This document shows, in pieces, positions 1 through 12,200 of a stretch of DNA of 64,000 nt. Every line of letters begins with the position of its first letter. Within the stretch, counting starts at the first letter, position 1. The translations under genes and the position numbers were made by a program. This DNA comes from Chlorokybus atmophyticus. Taxonomy: Eukaryota; Plantae; Mesostigma and Chlorokybus algae. The stretch lies in the NCBI GenBank assembly GCA_009103225.1, contig RHPI01002368.1, positions 773,397 to 837,396 of the forward strand, given 5' to 3'. Below the pieces are notes generated by a model. It was not told the DNA's origin. It ran no database searches and saw only the letters and a list, made by a program, of their open reading frames with translations.

Positions 1-3000
1 CTATGTTAAGAACTAGGTGAGATAGCGTAGCACATTTAACTTGGGTAGGTCAAGTTATATTGTTTTCTACTTATTAGGCTAGGGGTAGTGTTGCTTCTTA
101 CAATGCCACCAATATTCTTGTATGCAGTAAACTCAAATGACTAAATTTAACCCTCTCTTGTGCGGTGCTATGCGAGTGTAGCATGCATCTGTGTCACAAA
201 TGATAGGTAAGTATTGGTCATGCTAGGGTGGGAGAGAGTGCAAGGTTGATCAAACCATATATGTTCATTAGTGTAGGTGTTACCCACCATGCAACAACAT
301 AAATTGCTTGCTCGATTATTACTTTCCATGTATGCAGGAGTAACAACCATACACCCCACAATTCTCAACAATGTCATGCATGTGTCAATCTAATCACACG
401 TCAACACATCTACTTAATTGCACACAAGGAAGCAAGGTAAAGACACCATACACTATCAATGATAGTTGGCATCATCACACACTATGCATGACTGTGGTGT
501 TGTATCAACACCCTGGACACACACCGCCAAAGCATGGTGCCCTAGCCTTTAGAGCAAGAGCATTGTGTTGTTGTCACCTCCTTGACAAGCGTAAGCAGCT
601 ACAACAGCTATATCTCATCGTATTTGTTTATGCATTTCAGGCCAAAAACGTTGCAAATAATAAGTGTCATCAAAGCAACTTTGAAGTCTCATTTAAATGT
701 ATAATACTGAACGTGTAACACAGCGCATATATGCTACAAGAATTGTCCAACACTGTAAAGGTGCTGCAAGACAGCGAAGCGTTTACCGCACGCTGATGTT
801 TAAAGTGGCACTTTCAATGACATTAATGCTTGACAATTCAACTCGTGTGGCAGGGGGCGCGGGCCTTGTCACAGAGGCTCCGCCGCTGTCACGGGGTATT
901 CCTCTGCGATGATTGGTTGGGTAGACTTGCTTATACCGGGGTGAAGAGCATCCACGCGCTGCAGTTGATAAGCAATTACGAATTAGCGCTCATCACTTGC
1001 AGAGTTGATCTTGATATATATGATCTTGTTATGTTGACATCAACATCTGATGCGGCGTTGCAATGAAGGGAGAACAATTTGTTGACATCTGGCCATCATC
1101 ACAACATGTAAATGACTCGATTTTCTTAGCCGCAGCTACAACGGTGGCATTTAATCTTATTGTTAATTCGCATATGCTGGAGACTTTTAGAAGTCTTTAT
1201 GAAATCAAGCATAATCAAATTCAGTATTTAACAATGCTTGTTATAAAGTTTGCTGTGTCAACTTAAATGGGATGGGATGGGACGGGTAATCAATTATAAA
1301 TACATTAACTGAAAGTTGCATTGAAACGTTGATTAGATATCCGTTCATGAGTTGTTTTACAGCGTGAAAAATTGACACAATTATCAGTATAGCTCGCTTT
1401 TGTTATATCTGCAGACATTGCTATTGAGATCATCAGTGACCACTTCTTAATAACAGACGCTTGTGCAGCTTGCCCTTGGTCAAGGGCTTGATATGCTTAA
1501 GACCTTATGAGATCTAAGTTTATTAAACTATATGGCACGAGTGACTTGCATAAGGCTGCTTGGTTGCAACACCGCAACATGCTGCCGCGTGCAAGGCTGC
1601 TATATGGCTTTCGCAAACTGGAACCACACACATCTTGGTTGGCAAATCTTACGTGTATGAAAAAGACATTGTATATTCTTACAATATGATGTAAAATACA
1701 AGCGTAATCCGCACCTTGATATATGTATGACTTAATCAAGTCGATAAATAAGATTGTGAAGATAACATTACGCACTATTTTCACCCTCACAAGTTTTTGC
1801 ATCCGCTTGCCATTGCATTGTTGAAGTTTACACCTTGATCTCCACAACATCACTACAAGCTAAGCTAATCTTACTTAGGTTACTTACCTATGTTAGTTAC
1901 AACAATGGAGTTCATGATCTTAAGCTTGCCTTCAATTTGTTTACTCTTTCTCAATTGAGACGGATGCAACAACAAATACAACCAGATTAAAACATGCATC
2001 AGCACATTGTGGCAGCTTGAGCTACTGACACATGTGTTCCACACATATATATGAATTTGACGTTGACGCGTATGTGTCGGCGTCAAAATCATATATGCGT
2101 AGACTATCACAACCGTTTTTCGAAATAACATTGGCATAATATGCAACTTGCATGCTTGCTTTACACGTGTGGGGGGCTTTAGGCATGACAATGGTCAATC
2201 ATTACCACCCTTACTTTTATGTGCTGCATCTCATGTTACAATGCATCGGTTGTTTACAATTTGATGGTGTACATCAACAATGGTAATGGTTTATGATAAG
2301 TATTACACAAACAATTGTGATAGTTTTAATGTGGTGCACAACAGGTCACACTCCTGTTACGTTCGTATTACTCGCAAAACATGCTACACTATGTGTTGAA
2401 TACATTCATGCACAATATTCTGGTTTGGATACAAAACATTCATATCTTGAAACAAAGCTACGACTCACTTGTGGTTACGTAACACTGAGAATCCTTCAAG
2501 ATAATACCCTTGCTGTTCGACATGAAACTTATGCATATGCGTATAAGAATCTGACATAGCCATTACAAATACATCAACGCGCCGTGTATTGCTGTTTGTA
2601 TGCAACATTGTGCATTAGAGGTGATGGCTAAGTTTGATAAACATCAGATTTCAATATGTTTAAGTGCAGTTATGTATACAGGCTTACTGATCAAAAACAC
2701 ACCTTCCCTATCCGCGGTATATATACCTGTGACTTGCTTGCGCACGTCAACGTCGATAGTGGTAACATAGAGTACATCCAAGGTTGTGCGCACTTCGCGT
2801 AGTCGAAGCATTGTGTTGGGTTGGCAACTGGTAAGGCAATTGCGCTGCACTATGACACGAGCAAGATGTGTACTATTCCAATGCGAAAATAGTGCATGCA
2901 TGCTTTAAAGCACTTTCTACTCCTTTGAGGTGCACTTCTAACAGCACACAATGCGATATACAATCTGGGGCCTCTTGGTATTAGATCAACCCGGGTACAA

Positions 3001-3222
3001 CCATTTCATGGTCGCATGCTACAATTACAAGGGTACCTATGCTATGGAAATGTAACTAGCTACGATGCACGTATAAAGCATAGCTCACAACTGGGCAACT
3101 ACAAGGACCGATCAGCACAATGAGAGCTTGTGCTAAGGTGGAAAAATAAGGTGGGATGAAAATCAAGGGTAGCAAAGTGAGTGTAGTGGCATCACCACTG
3201 GTTGGTGATTCACCAGCCACTA

Positions 3223-6200
3223 TCACGACGACATGCCAGCAGCCTGCTGCTCCCTTGCCAATATGCGATGGTATCTCCTGCGTGTTCGGACAACCAGCCA
3301 GACTGCGCAGATGGTAGAAGTTGCACACGCGGCGGATACAATCAAAAAGGTGTCGCCGAAGCACTGGGGCCCAACACATGTATGTTCTGTATCACCACCA
3401 GCGTTTGGGCTCAGGGAATGAGTTGCTCCAAATGATGCTGCGATGTGTTGTTGAGGGAAAACCAGGAGCATCAATGTCACCACTGCCTTGGGCAAATGCA
3501 GCGAGTAAATGTACCCTGCCAGCATGCTTGAGAACAGTATTGACCCCACTCCTGCTGATAACCTGCACGCATGGAGATGATGAGGCATGGGAAACAGAGT
3601 GAAGGCAATGTCACTTGGAAATGTACATGAACACCATCAGGCTTACATGACAGCGGAGGAGATTGCACCAAAGTATGTAAGGCCAAAGAGTTCAGATGCA
3701 GTAGGTGCTAGCAAGCCCCAGTGTGCACCAAACGCAAAACCCACGCCCACCACACCAGGATAAAGGATAGCCACACCTGTAAAATTCACATACGACGTTG
3801 CCATGTCTGTGGGTGTGTGCAGATGGTATAGAAGAAATACCAGGCACGCACGCACGCACCTCCAAAGGAAAGGAAAAGGTGGGCGCATGACATCATAATG
3901 GCGGAGATTGCAAGGAAGGCGGGGCGAGGCGTACCGCGCGACTTGACAAAATGCTCCGACACATTACCGGCGACAATGCGGCCAAGGCAGTTGGCAACGG
4001 AGAAAGAAGCCACCAGAGGCGCAGGCCGATTGCCTCCCGCAGCAACCAGTATCTGTACACAACGCACACATGCTTAGACTTGCTGCACAGTTGCGATAAA
4101 TGGCAAGACTAAGGCTCAGCAAGGGCACACAAATACATGCGCACACAAGCGCGCATGAACACGCACGCGCACACACACACATGTAGCAGCTTGCCTGGCC
4201 GAGGTTGTTGACCACCATCAAGCCCGCACCAGCGCCGCATAGCACAATGTAAGATAGCATCCTGCCAAGGGCGTCACAATTGTGTAAACCGCAACACATG
4301 TAGTACCGCACGTGCATGCCACTTGACTGTCTGAAAGTGCTACGGTTGTGTTGCCAGCTTACCAAAAGTTCGCTTTGCGCACGGCAACAAGCAGCGTGTA
4401 GTCGCCCTTGTCCTTGCTCGCGTTGGAGCTAGATGGAGTTGAGGCTTGCTGCAAGCACAGATGGAGCAGCACCAGAGAGATTAGGGCACGATACCACATA
4501 ACACAAGCACACGTACTATCCAGCACACAACAAACCTGCAAGGGGCCAGGCGATGTTATCAGTACAGATGAGATGGAGGAAGGAGGCAGTAGGGGCGATT
4601 GAAGGCCGGCCTCAAGTGTTTTACTGTTTGTTGTCCCCGCGCTTAATGGCAACGCTGCCCGTACAAACATGTCGCCAGAACCCGATGCAACAAAGATGGG
4701 CAGCATCAGCATGACGACGAGGCCTAGCAGAATGACGTCGTACGCCTCCTCCGGGATAGGCAACATCTCCTGTATAGTACATGCAATCAGAATCGCACAA
4801 CAAGCAAACAAAAACACTAGCAAGAATGCGCGCAGGAACATGCACACCCACACCTACGCATGCACACAGGCAGGAGTGCACACGCGCTCATACGCGCACG
4901 CACACCTCAACAATGCTTGGGATGACGCAAATACCTGGACAAGGATGGCGCAGAAGATGTAGACTGCGAGGGCAAGGACGATGGTGTTGGCGAGGCGGAG
5001 TCGGTGTTTGGTGCCCTCCTCCTCGTCATCTAGCAACAACCTCCGGACATCATCACCACCCGACTCCTCCTCTCCCTCTTCATCATCATCCTGGTCATCG
5101 TCATCCTCGCGCGCGCCACGAACCTTCTCCGGGACAAGGTTGACGAACGGGACCAGCAACGACACAACCGCTAAGGGCACCAAGCCCAAAAACAGTATGA
5201 AGCTGTTCACGTCGGGTGCAAACAGCGCCCTGTAGCACTGCGCAGCATGACACAACAAGTCCACAATCAGATCTCACATGAGACTAACCATTGCAAACCT
5301 GTACTGTACCTGCGTGAACACGGCTGAGCCCAGGCCGAGCATCGCCTTGAGCACGCCGACCACCACGCCTCTGTGTCGGGGGAAGTTCTTCAGACACGTG
5401 GAGAGTGCGGCGCAGTCAAGCCAACCGGCTCCGTTGGCGGCGACAGCGAAGGCTATGGCCAGAGCGGAAGGAGAGAGCACTGCCCTCGATGTCATCGCCA
5501 ACCAGACCTGTTGGAAGGGTTACCTCTATGAGTGCATGTGTGTGTGTACGTGTGCGCGTGCTCATGCATGTATGTGAATGTGCAATTGCGTTTGTCATCA
5601 ACCATATATTCATTGCTTGACTACGCAGCTCATCAGGTTGTTGTGTTATGGACACCAAGTAGTGGTGTTGTAGCATAATGCCACAACACCACACATAGCA
5701 ATCAATGATATAAGCGTTACGCGACGTGTGTATGCATCTATGGCCCATACTGCATTGTTAAGGAGACAACACGATATCCAACCACTCCAGATTTCTTCCA
5801 AGCTCCACCCACTTACCACAAAGTAGCCAGAACACGTTGTGAACATCCCCACAGCAAGCGTCCAACGCGGTCCGTAGGCATCGAAGAAAAGGCCGGTGAT
5901 GATACCAACGAAACCTCCAACATCTTTCGCTGTCCCGATGCTGCTTATCTGCGTGGTGACCGTCTTGTGTGTGGCGCGTCATGCTTGTACCAAAGGTGCG
6001 GCTGGGCACAACGAGGCAAACACGAAGGCGCACGCAATGCTCAACAGCGCGTGTTGCAGAAGTGTGTGGGTGTGCGCACGTGCGCGCGCGTGTGCGTGTG
6101 CGCGCGCACATGCACGCACGCAATGTTCGGTACAAATGTTTATAATTTTTATAACATTGTATACTCTTAAGTGTACACAACCCCTGTCTACCTGGTCCTG

Positions 6201-6670
6201 TGAGAGGCGGAGGAACTGCTTGAGATGCTCGCTGTACACGCCGAAACAGTACGACGTCCCTGCTACCACCTGTGCCACACCATCAGCACGCTCACCATCA
6301 CGCACATTGTTCAGCAATGCTGCTGCTGATGGTATGGTGTGAAAAGTATCATGGGCAATAATAACCAATGCTGTGTTCAACAACGACAGCACCAACAACG
6401 CATTTTTGACGCTGTCAGTCACTACAATGTGCACCAACATTGAAGGTACGTTTCCTCACGACAAACGCAACTTACAACAAGCACCACTACCACCACCACC
6501 ACCACCGCCCTCACCACCAACAATAACTTTTGCACCGGCACTAACGCCAACAATCGAAACCACACCCAACACCGCGCACTCACTTGGATCCACATGCAGG
6601 CGGCCAGGACGACCCACTTGCTGCACAGCAGCGTCTGCTGCTGCCGCCCAGCACCCCCTGCGCCGGCCAT
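3223..6670 (-). CDS. Nodulin-like / NFD4-family major facilitator superfamily transporter (multi-exon)
   Basis: ATG at 6670 (gccATGG). Exon translations in family order: MAGAGG..KWVVLAACMWIQ | VAGTSYCFGVYSEHLKQFLRLSQDQVDR | ..KDVGGFVGIITGLFFDAYGPRWTLAVG | GAGWLDCAALSTCLKNFPRHRGVVVGVLKAMLGLGSAVFTQ | ..FILFLGLVPLAVV | GDYTLLVAVRKANFW | GAGLMVVNNLGQ | ASFSVANCLGRIVAGNVSE | GFAFGAHWGLLAPTASELFGLTYFG | AGYIY..HTCVGPQCFGDTF..RTRRRY..stop at 3223. These match the plant Nodulin-like (PF06813) plus MFS pattern. Confidence 0.9.
4053..4194 (-). other. Probable GC-AG intron in the MFS gene
   Basis: Donor CAG|gcaagc at 4194 and acceptor gtacag|ATA at 4053 join NNLGQ|ILVAAGG in phase 0. The family motif is NLGQI. 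Confidence 0.7.
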
Positions 6671-9274
6671 GGCCGCTGACCGAGCAGGGGAACGATCTCA
6701 CGCGCTACCACCATCAGCCACTACACAGACTACTCCTACCTGTACAGCAACATTCCCACCCGCACCCTCAAGGGTATCCTAGACAACAACGCCGTCGTCG
6801 ACAGCGACGACCAGCACCTGCTGGTCAATGCTCGCTATACAATGCCTGTGTCTGCAACTGTGCTGAAAGACAAATCTACAGATCTACTTGACTCCTACGC
6901 CGTCACACGCTCGCAGCTCGCCCACCTCTCCCCTTATCGTCCTCGTCGTCCGCCTCTTGGTCCTCGGCAGCAGCAGTGCCAGCGGCGGCGGCGGCGACGG
7001 CAGTGGCGCGAAATTTGCTCACAATAGAATCCGAATTGGACCATCCGTTTTGGGACAGCTGCTGATATCGTCGATTCAAAAGATATTGACGGATTTAGCC
7101 CTGGTACTGTGCTGATACAGCGCTGGTAGCGCCCACCAGCTTCTACTCGATATCCAGGCGATGACGCACAATGCATACGTGGCTCCTCGCGGCATGAGAT
7201 GCGTGCACGCGGCATTTTCCAGCATTGGCCGGTCACATTATGACTGTATGTGCGTAGGGCCTACAACGTACCGGTAACGTACAAAGCTGACACATGCAGT
7301 ACAGCAATGTATCAACCAACTGTATCAGCAAACCGGTAGTCATTGTGAGCCTTATGCAATCAAGTCTTAGCGGTGTAAATTGATAACTGTAGTAATTTTG
7401 TGTTAATACAGTTATCAATGTTATGATTGTGAGCGGTCCTACGAATGCAGTTTTGTTCTTGTTGTGATTTAGATCTAATCTGTGAGGGTGACCGTATTAT
7501 TGCCCATGCTTTGAGCCATTCGCATGTGTAACTTCACATGAACCCATCAAACTAAGCAGGTTTAGTTTACAAGCGGTTCGTGCGCTTTTATGTTACTAGA
7601 TATATGCTAAAAAAAATTGAATTAACTATATGGTAAGTTACGAATACATAACCTCCTCTACGATAAAAATGGTCAATGATAAATTATAAAGAAACACATG
7701 TTTTAACAAACATTTCATGGCAATATGGCCTGCATAGCATGTTTGATGGCATGTCACAAAGTACATGTACATATAACATATACCGCAATTATGCAACCTA
7801 CATGACCATCAGGGAGCACGCAAGTGGCATGGATTGGTTGGTGTACTATGGTCGTAAGGCCTGTCCATAATTGTGTGTTTTCTTGACACCCACATTATGT
7901 GGAAAGCAATCAATTTGCATGCTGCAGTTTGAAACTGCATGGTGTTGCTGCTGATATCAAAGTATTATTATGGTCAAGTTGCTTAACAGGGACCTTGCTC
8001 AAAAAATCTTAACTTCGATACTCCTGACTCGGGGAAGGGCTGCCGCAGTAGTGCAGCATCGGCGCCTTAACCATGAGGCTGTCAGCAAAAGACGTTGCCA
8101 TGAAAGAAGCAACATGCATAAGTACATGTCCCATTCGATGTACATGCTAGGTATCAAGTTGTAATAAGGCAACTTGATATCGTGAGGCAACTTGCTGCTC
8201 ATTGTGGCGCGATGTGTAGGTGAAGAGCTCTCTATGTTGCCGTAGGGCCTTGCTCTTGCTGCCAGTGCTGCCAAGAGGCCCATCGCACTGCTGTTTGCTG
8301 ACCGCCGTACTCACTACTGCCCAAAGCTTTTTTGTTTACTCTCGTTGTGCTTGCTGCCTGACAAGAATTGTTTCTTTGCCTCATACCCTAAATATGCTTG
8401 TCTTAGGTTGATTGGTTACATGCTGTGCCAATGAGTCCGTCCATCATATTTGCTTACGCACCGCAAAATGCTCCAAGGCCATACACTTATATATTGATAG
8501 ATATTGCTTCACTTATCTTGGCCAAGTACTTGTGCTTAGTGTACAAAAATGTAGAGTGCAATGCGCACATGAAGCAGCACGATTCAGCTGTGCGCATGTG
8601 TCGGAAGGGTTGCTTGCAGCATGTTGGCTGCATGCACGCATGTCCGTATCCATTGCCACATCCTTACCATCCCTAATCACTGCCAACCTCTCCTCTCCTT
8701 CCCTTGCCTGTGCTCTCCTACCATTGTACAGGTGGGCACCTTCTGTTCTATGCACCACACCACCACTTCCAGTTGCATTGCTCCTAGCGAGCTATAGTCG
8801 TACAGTTTAATCTAACCTTGGTCGACCCATCGCCGATGTGTCACAGACTGTACGGGTCGATGACATTGTGCACAAGTGCGGCTGCCCTATGCACGGTTGT
8901 ATTGACTGCTGTCGAGTTTCAAGTGAAGGACACAAATGCCTGCGTGCCACCATATATGGCAGATCAACAGTATGCTACAGTTTATTGCCAAAACTTACTT
9001 AGTCGCGCTGGGCGACAAGTGCCCATTGCAGCTTGGCGCTGCGCACCAAACCTTGCGGCAACTGACAACACGCATGAGTCCAATGACTGACCTTGTTTGG
9101 CTGCTATAGGCACTGTAACTGTTGCAAGGGAATAGACTTATTGGCGATGTAATTTACCAACACAGCAAGAAGCGGCGCCACTGCGCAAAGCTCTGCTGTC
9201 ATGTACTTTACAATTGTCATTATCAAAATTGAAGACAATGTGCTGCACGCACAGCAGCAACTACATAGGAGCAA

Positions 9275-12200
9275 TTACAAAAACCGCACGACAACGAGGG
9301 TGGTGTTATCCACGGTGCGGCTCTTTTGCGCATGGTCGAGGAGGGCGCCAGCCATGCGCTCTGCTACGGACGCCGACTGATCAGACGCTGTTGATGCCGC
9401 TGCATTCGCGGTTATGTCAACTGCCTGTTGCGCGCTTGTGACATCCCATAGACCATCGGATGCCACGATGGCAAAGCTACTGGACGGCATCTGCAATGAA
9501 ATCAACATATTCAATGATGGTAATAACAGAAATGGCAACACGCAAGGATGCTGAGATCTGATCTGACATGATGATGCCAGCATGCCGGGCTGACCTCAAT
9601 GGCTTCGCTAACAAAAGGCTCAGCTGACAGAAACACGTCTTCAGACTTGAGGAACTTGTCACCTAGGGCGCGACCGAGGTTCAACCCAAAGCGCCTGTTC
9701 TCTCCATCTTTCAGCGCAACACCCAGGTCTGCAGAAAAATCAACATGCTTGAAGATGGAGATGGCAGCCTTCATGCGAGCCAAGCAAGTGTTGGCTGGGT
9801 GCAAGCATGCGCATAATGCTCTGTCAAACACAAAGCGAATGCAATGGTCCTGCAGTGGTTGCAGTTTGGCTGCAGCTTACCAGCAAGGCGCTGGCGCTCT
9901 TTCGGGTCAGATAACTTGTGATCTGCACTAAGCTTGATTGCAGCTTTGTCTTTACCAAGCACACAAGCCGAGTCGCCCACATTTGCAACCTGCATTTCAA
10001 GCCGGAAAACATCTTTAAAAAATGCAGAACTTGCGCATGGTCGTGTGCAGCAAGTTCAGCGTGCATACCTGACAGTACGTTTGCTCTGGAGTTTGCCATA
10101 ATAGCAACGCAGTGGCAGTACAGCCTTCATGTTCTGTGCCAGATGTGCAGATGAATTACCAACAAGCATTGCTGTGAAGGACGGCATGTAGATACCTAGG
10201 GACTGGCTGACCCTTCACTTTCTAGCAACAGATCCACATAACGCCAGGCATGCACTTGCGATACCTGATGTCATGGACTTCTCAGTAGCAGCGAAGGCTT
10301 GTTGCAGAACTGCCAGAGCGCTCTTCTCTCTCATAACCGCGTCAATTGCACCTGACAGAACAGAGCATCAGCAACCTGTGTAGCGACCAATCATGCATAT
10401 GCCTTGCGTATGCGAGAATCATATGCGGCGTATGTACATGCTACTCTTGCATGACATGCTGAGAGGCTGATTTGGCAAAAGCAACATCCTTCATCATCGT
10501 CGAACCTGGAGCAGCTAGGAGGCTTGCAACGTTTCTGTGCAGTGCATCTTTGGCCTGGTCAGCGCCTGCGCGGCCCAAGTGGCCATCGAAGACACACACC
10601 AGCCCAAACTCTACCGTCTGCGCATTGCTGCCCCGATCCTGTAGCAACGCCAGGTTGTAAGATTTGCTAAAGCAGCCTCACCAAACAGGACTGCATCACC
10701 TACTTGGTTGTATATTTCAGGTGAGAATTTAACTTCCGACCACAATGGCAGCGGAAACAGCTGGCATATTTACAATCAAGATAACGACTCGACAGCCGGG
10801 CGTTGTGGTCAACAACTTCCCCTGGGGATAAACGTTGACAACACGGATGCATACCAGTTGAAGCGGCCAGTGGATGTCCACGACATCTTCCATTGGCAGT
10901 GGCTCTCCAGTGCGGTTTGTATTGGGATGCTCCCGAACCGCAATCTCTAGGCGAGTGCTTGGTGCAAGGGTTGCGCTTGTTGGGAACATATCTACAAGAC
11001 CCACTTTCACCTTGGTGAGAGTGCCAAACGTAAGGGTGTCACCGTGCTTCAAGGGAAACATTGTGCCAGACTTGCGCTCTACAGTGCTGGATATCACTCG
11101 ATCATTCAAGAACGTGCCATTCAGCGAGCCTAGGTCTTGCACCTGCCATGGTTTTACTTAGGCTTGCATCTGCAGAATGTGTGTGTGCAGGACAAAGCGC
11201 TGCATCATGTACCATAAATCCAGGTGATTGAAAAAGGTTGTGAACCTTGTCTGAAACCTTCATGAACTGGCGGCACATACCTGCCAAGAACCCGCTTGCG
11301 AGTTCCAGTCAATGCGTGCATGCCTTGACGACACTTCAATGTCTGGCAGTGTAAAGTCAACCTTTGTTCCACGCCCGACAGCAATGGAGTAGCAGCTGGG
11401 TGGTTCCTTGATTGTAGCTGCTTGGGCGGTGTTTGAGAAAGTAAAAGGCGCAACATTACAACCTGCTACAACCTGCAGGCATACTCATGTGAATACGCAA
11501 TATACCATACGCCAACTGGCGGCAGCGACCGTCAAAAGATACACACTGCAACATTGCAGCCGCAGATATAAACTAACCGTGAGGGTCAAATCTGTTGTTG
11601 GGTACCACTTGCTGCTGGCAGCAGGAGGTCGCTTCACGTCTTCAAGTGGCTGCACATAAAGAAAAGTCAAATAGGCATGCAGCTTGACATTTTGCGAATT
11701 GCACCATAAGATAGCCAACGCATCTCATGTCTGCTTGATGCATCAGTGCAACGACTGCACTCACACGTTGATCAGCAGAGTACCCATTGCTGGTATCCTT
11801 TGTCGCTGAATTTAATGAGGTACCGGTAAGCTGCAAAGGGGCTGTGTCTTTCATGTGTATCTGGATGTCATCTACGGAGTCTACATCTTGACTGGTACTC
11901 ACGTCAACAGATTGTTGGGCCTCTGCAGAAGCGGCTTCATTAGACTGCAGTGCCTGTGCAATGGCCAGCGCAATATCGCCTGTGAAGTCCACATCTCCGC
12001 TAGACGGCGCCTCACTAGCTACGGATGGCAGCACGTCTTCAGGGTCCTTGTATGAACTCACGTCAGAAGTTTCCAAGGCCAAAGAATCTTGAGCCTCCTT
12101 ACTAAACGTGGCATTGCTGCCTGCGGTGCGAACACCTTGCCCTTCCTCCTGTTGCAGGCTGCTAGCATCTGCTGTTGGTGCAGCTGTATTTCCAACAACT

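Noticed and set aside
1-3050. Several 60-118 aa ORFs in the first 3 kb
   Set aside because: No recognisable domain or consistent splice structure. Probably intergenic or heavily decayed repeat; left unannotated.
7005-7013. E2F-like site (TTTCGCGCC on -) upstream of the MFS gene
   Set aside because: A single 9-mer in GC-rich leader sequence is expected by chance.
7067-7129. IVDSKDIDGFSP resembling the FolD KDVDGFHP motif
   Set aside because: Short match, followed by a stop within ~10 codons, with no other FolD motifs nearby.
7900-9200. Splice-like signals and short ORFs on both strands between the MFS and KAPP genes
   Set aside because: No coherent protein could be assembled. May be KAPP 3' UTR or an orphan, but the sequence alone does not support a call.
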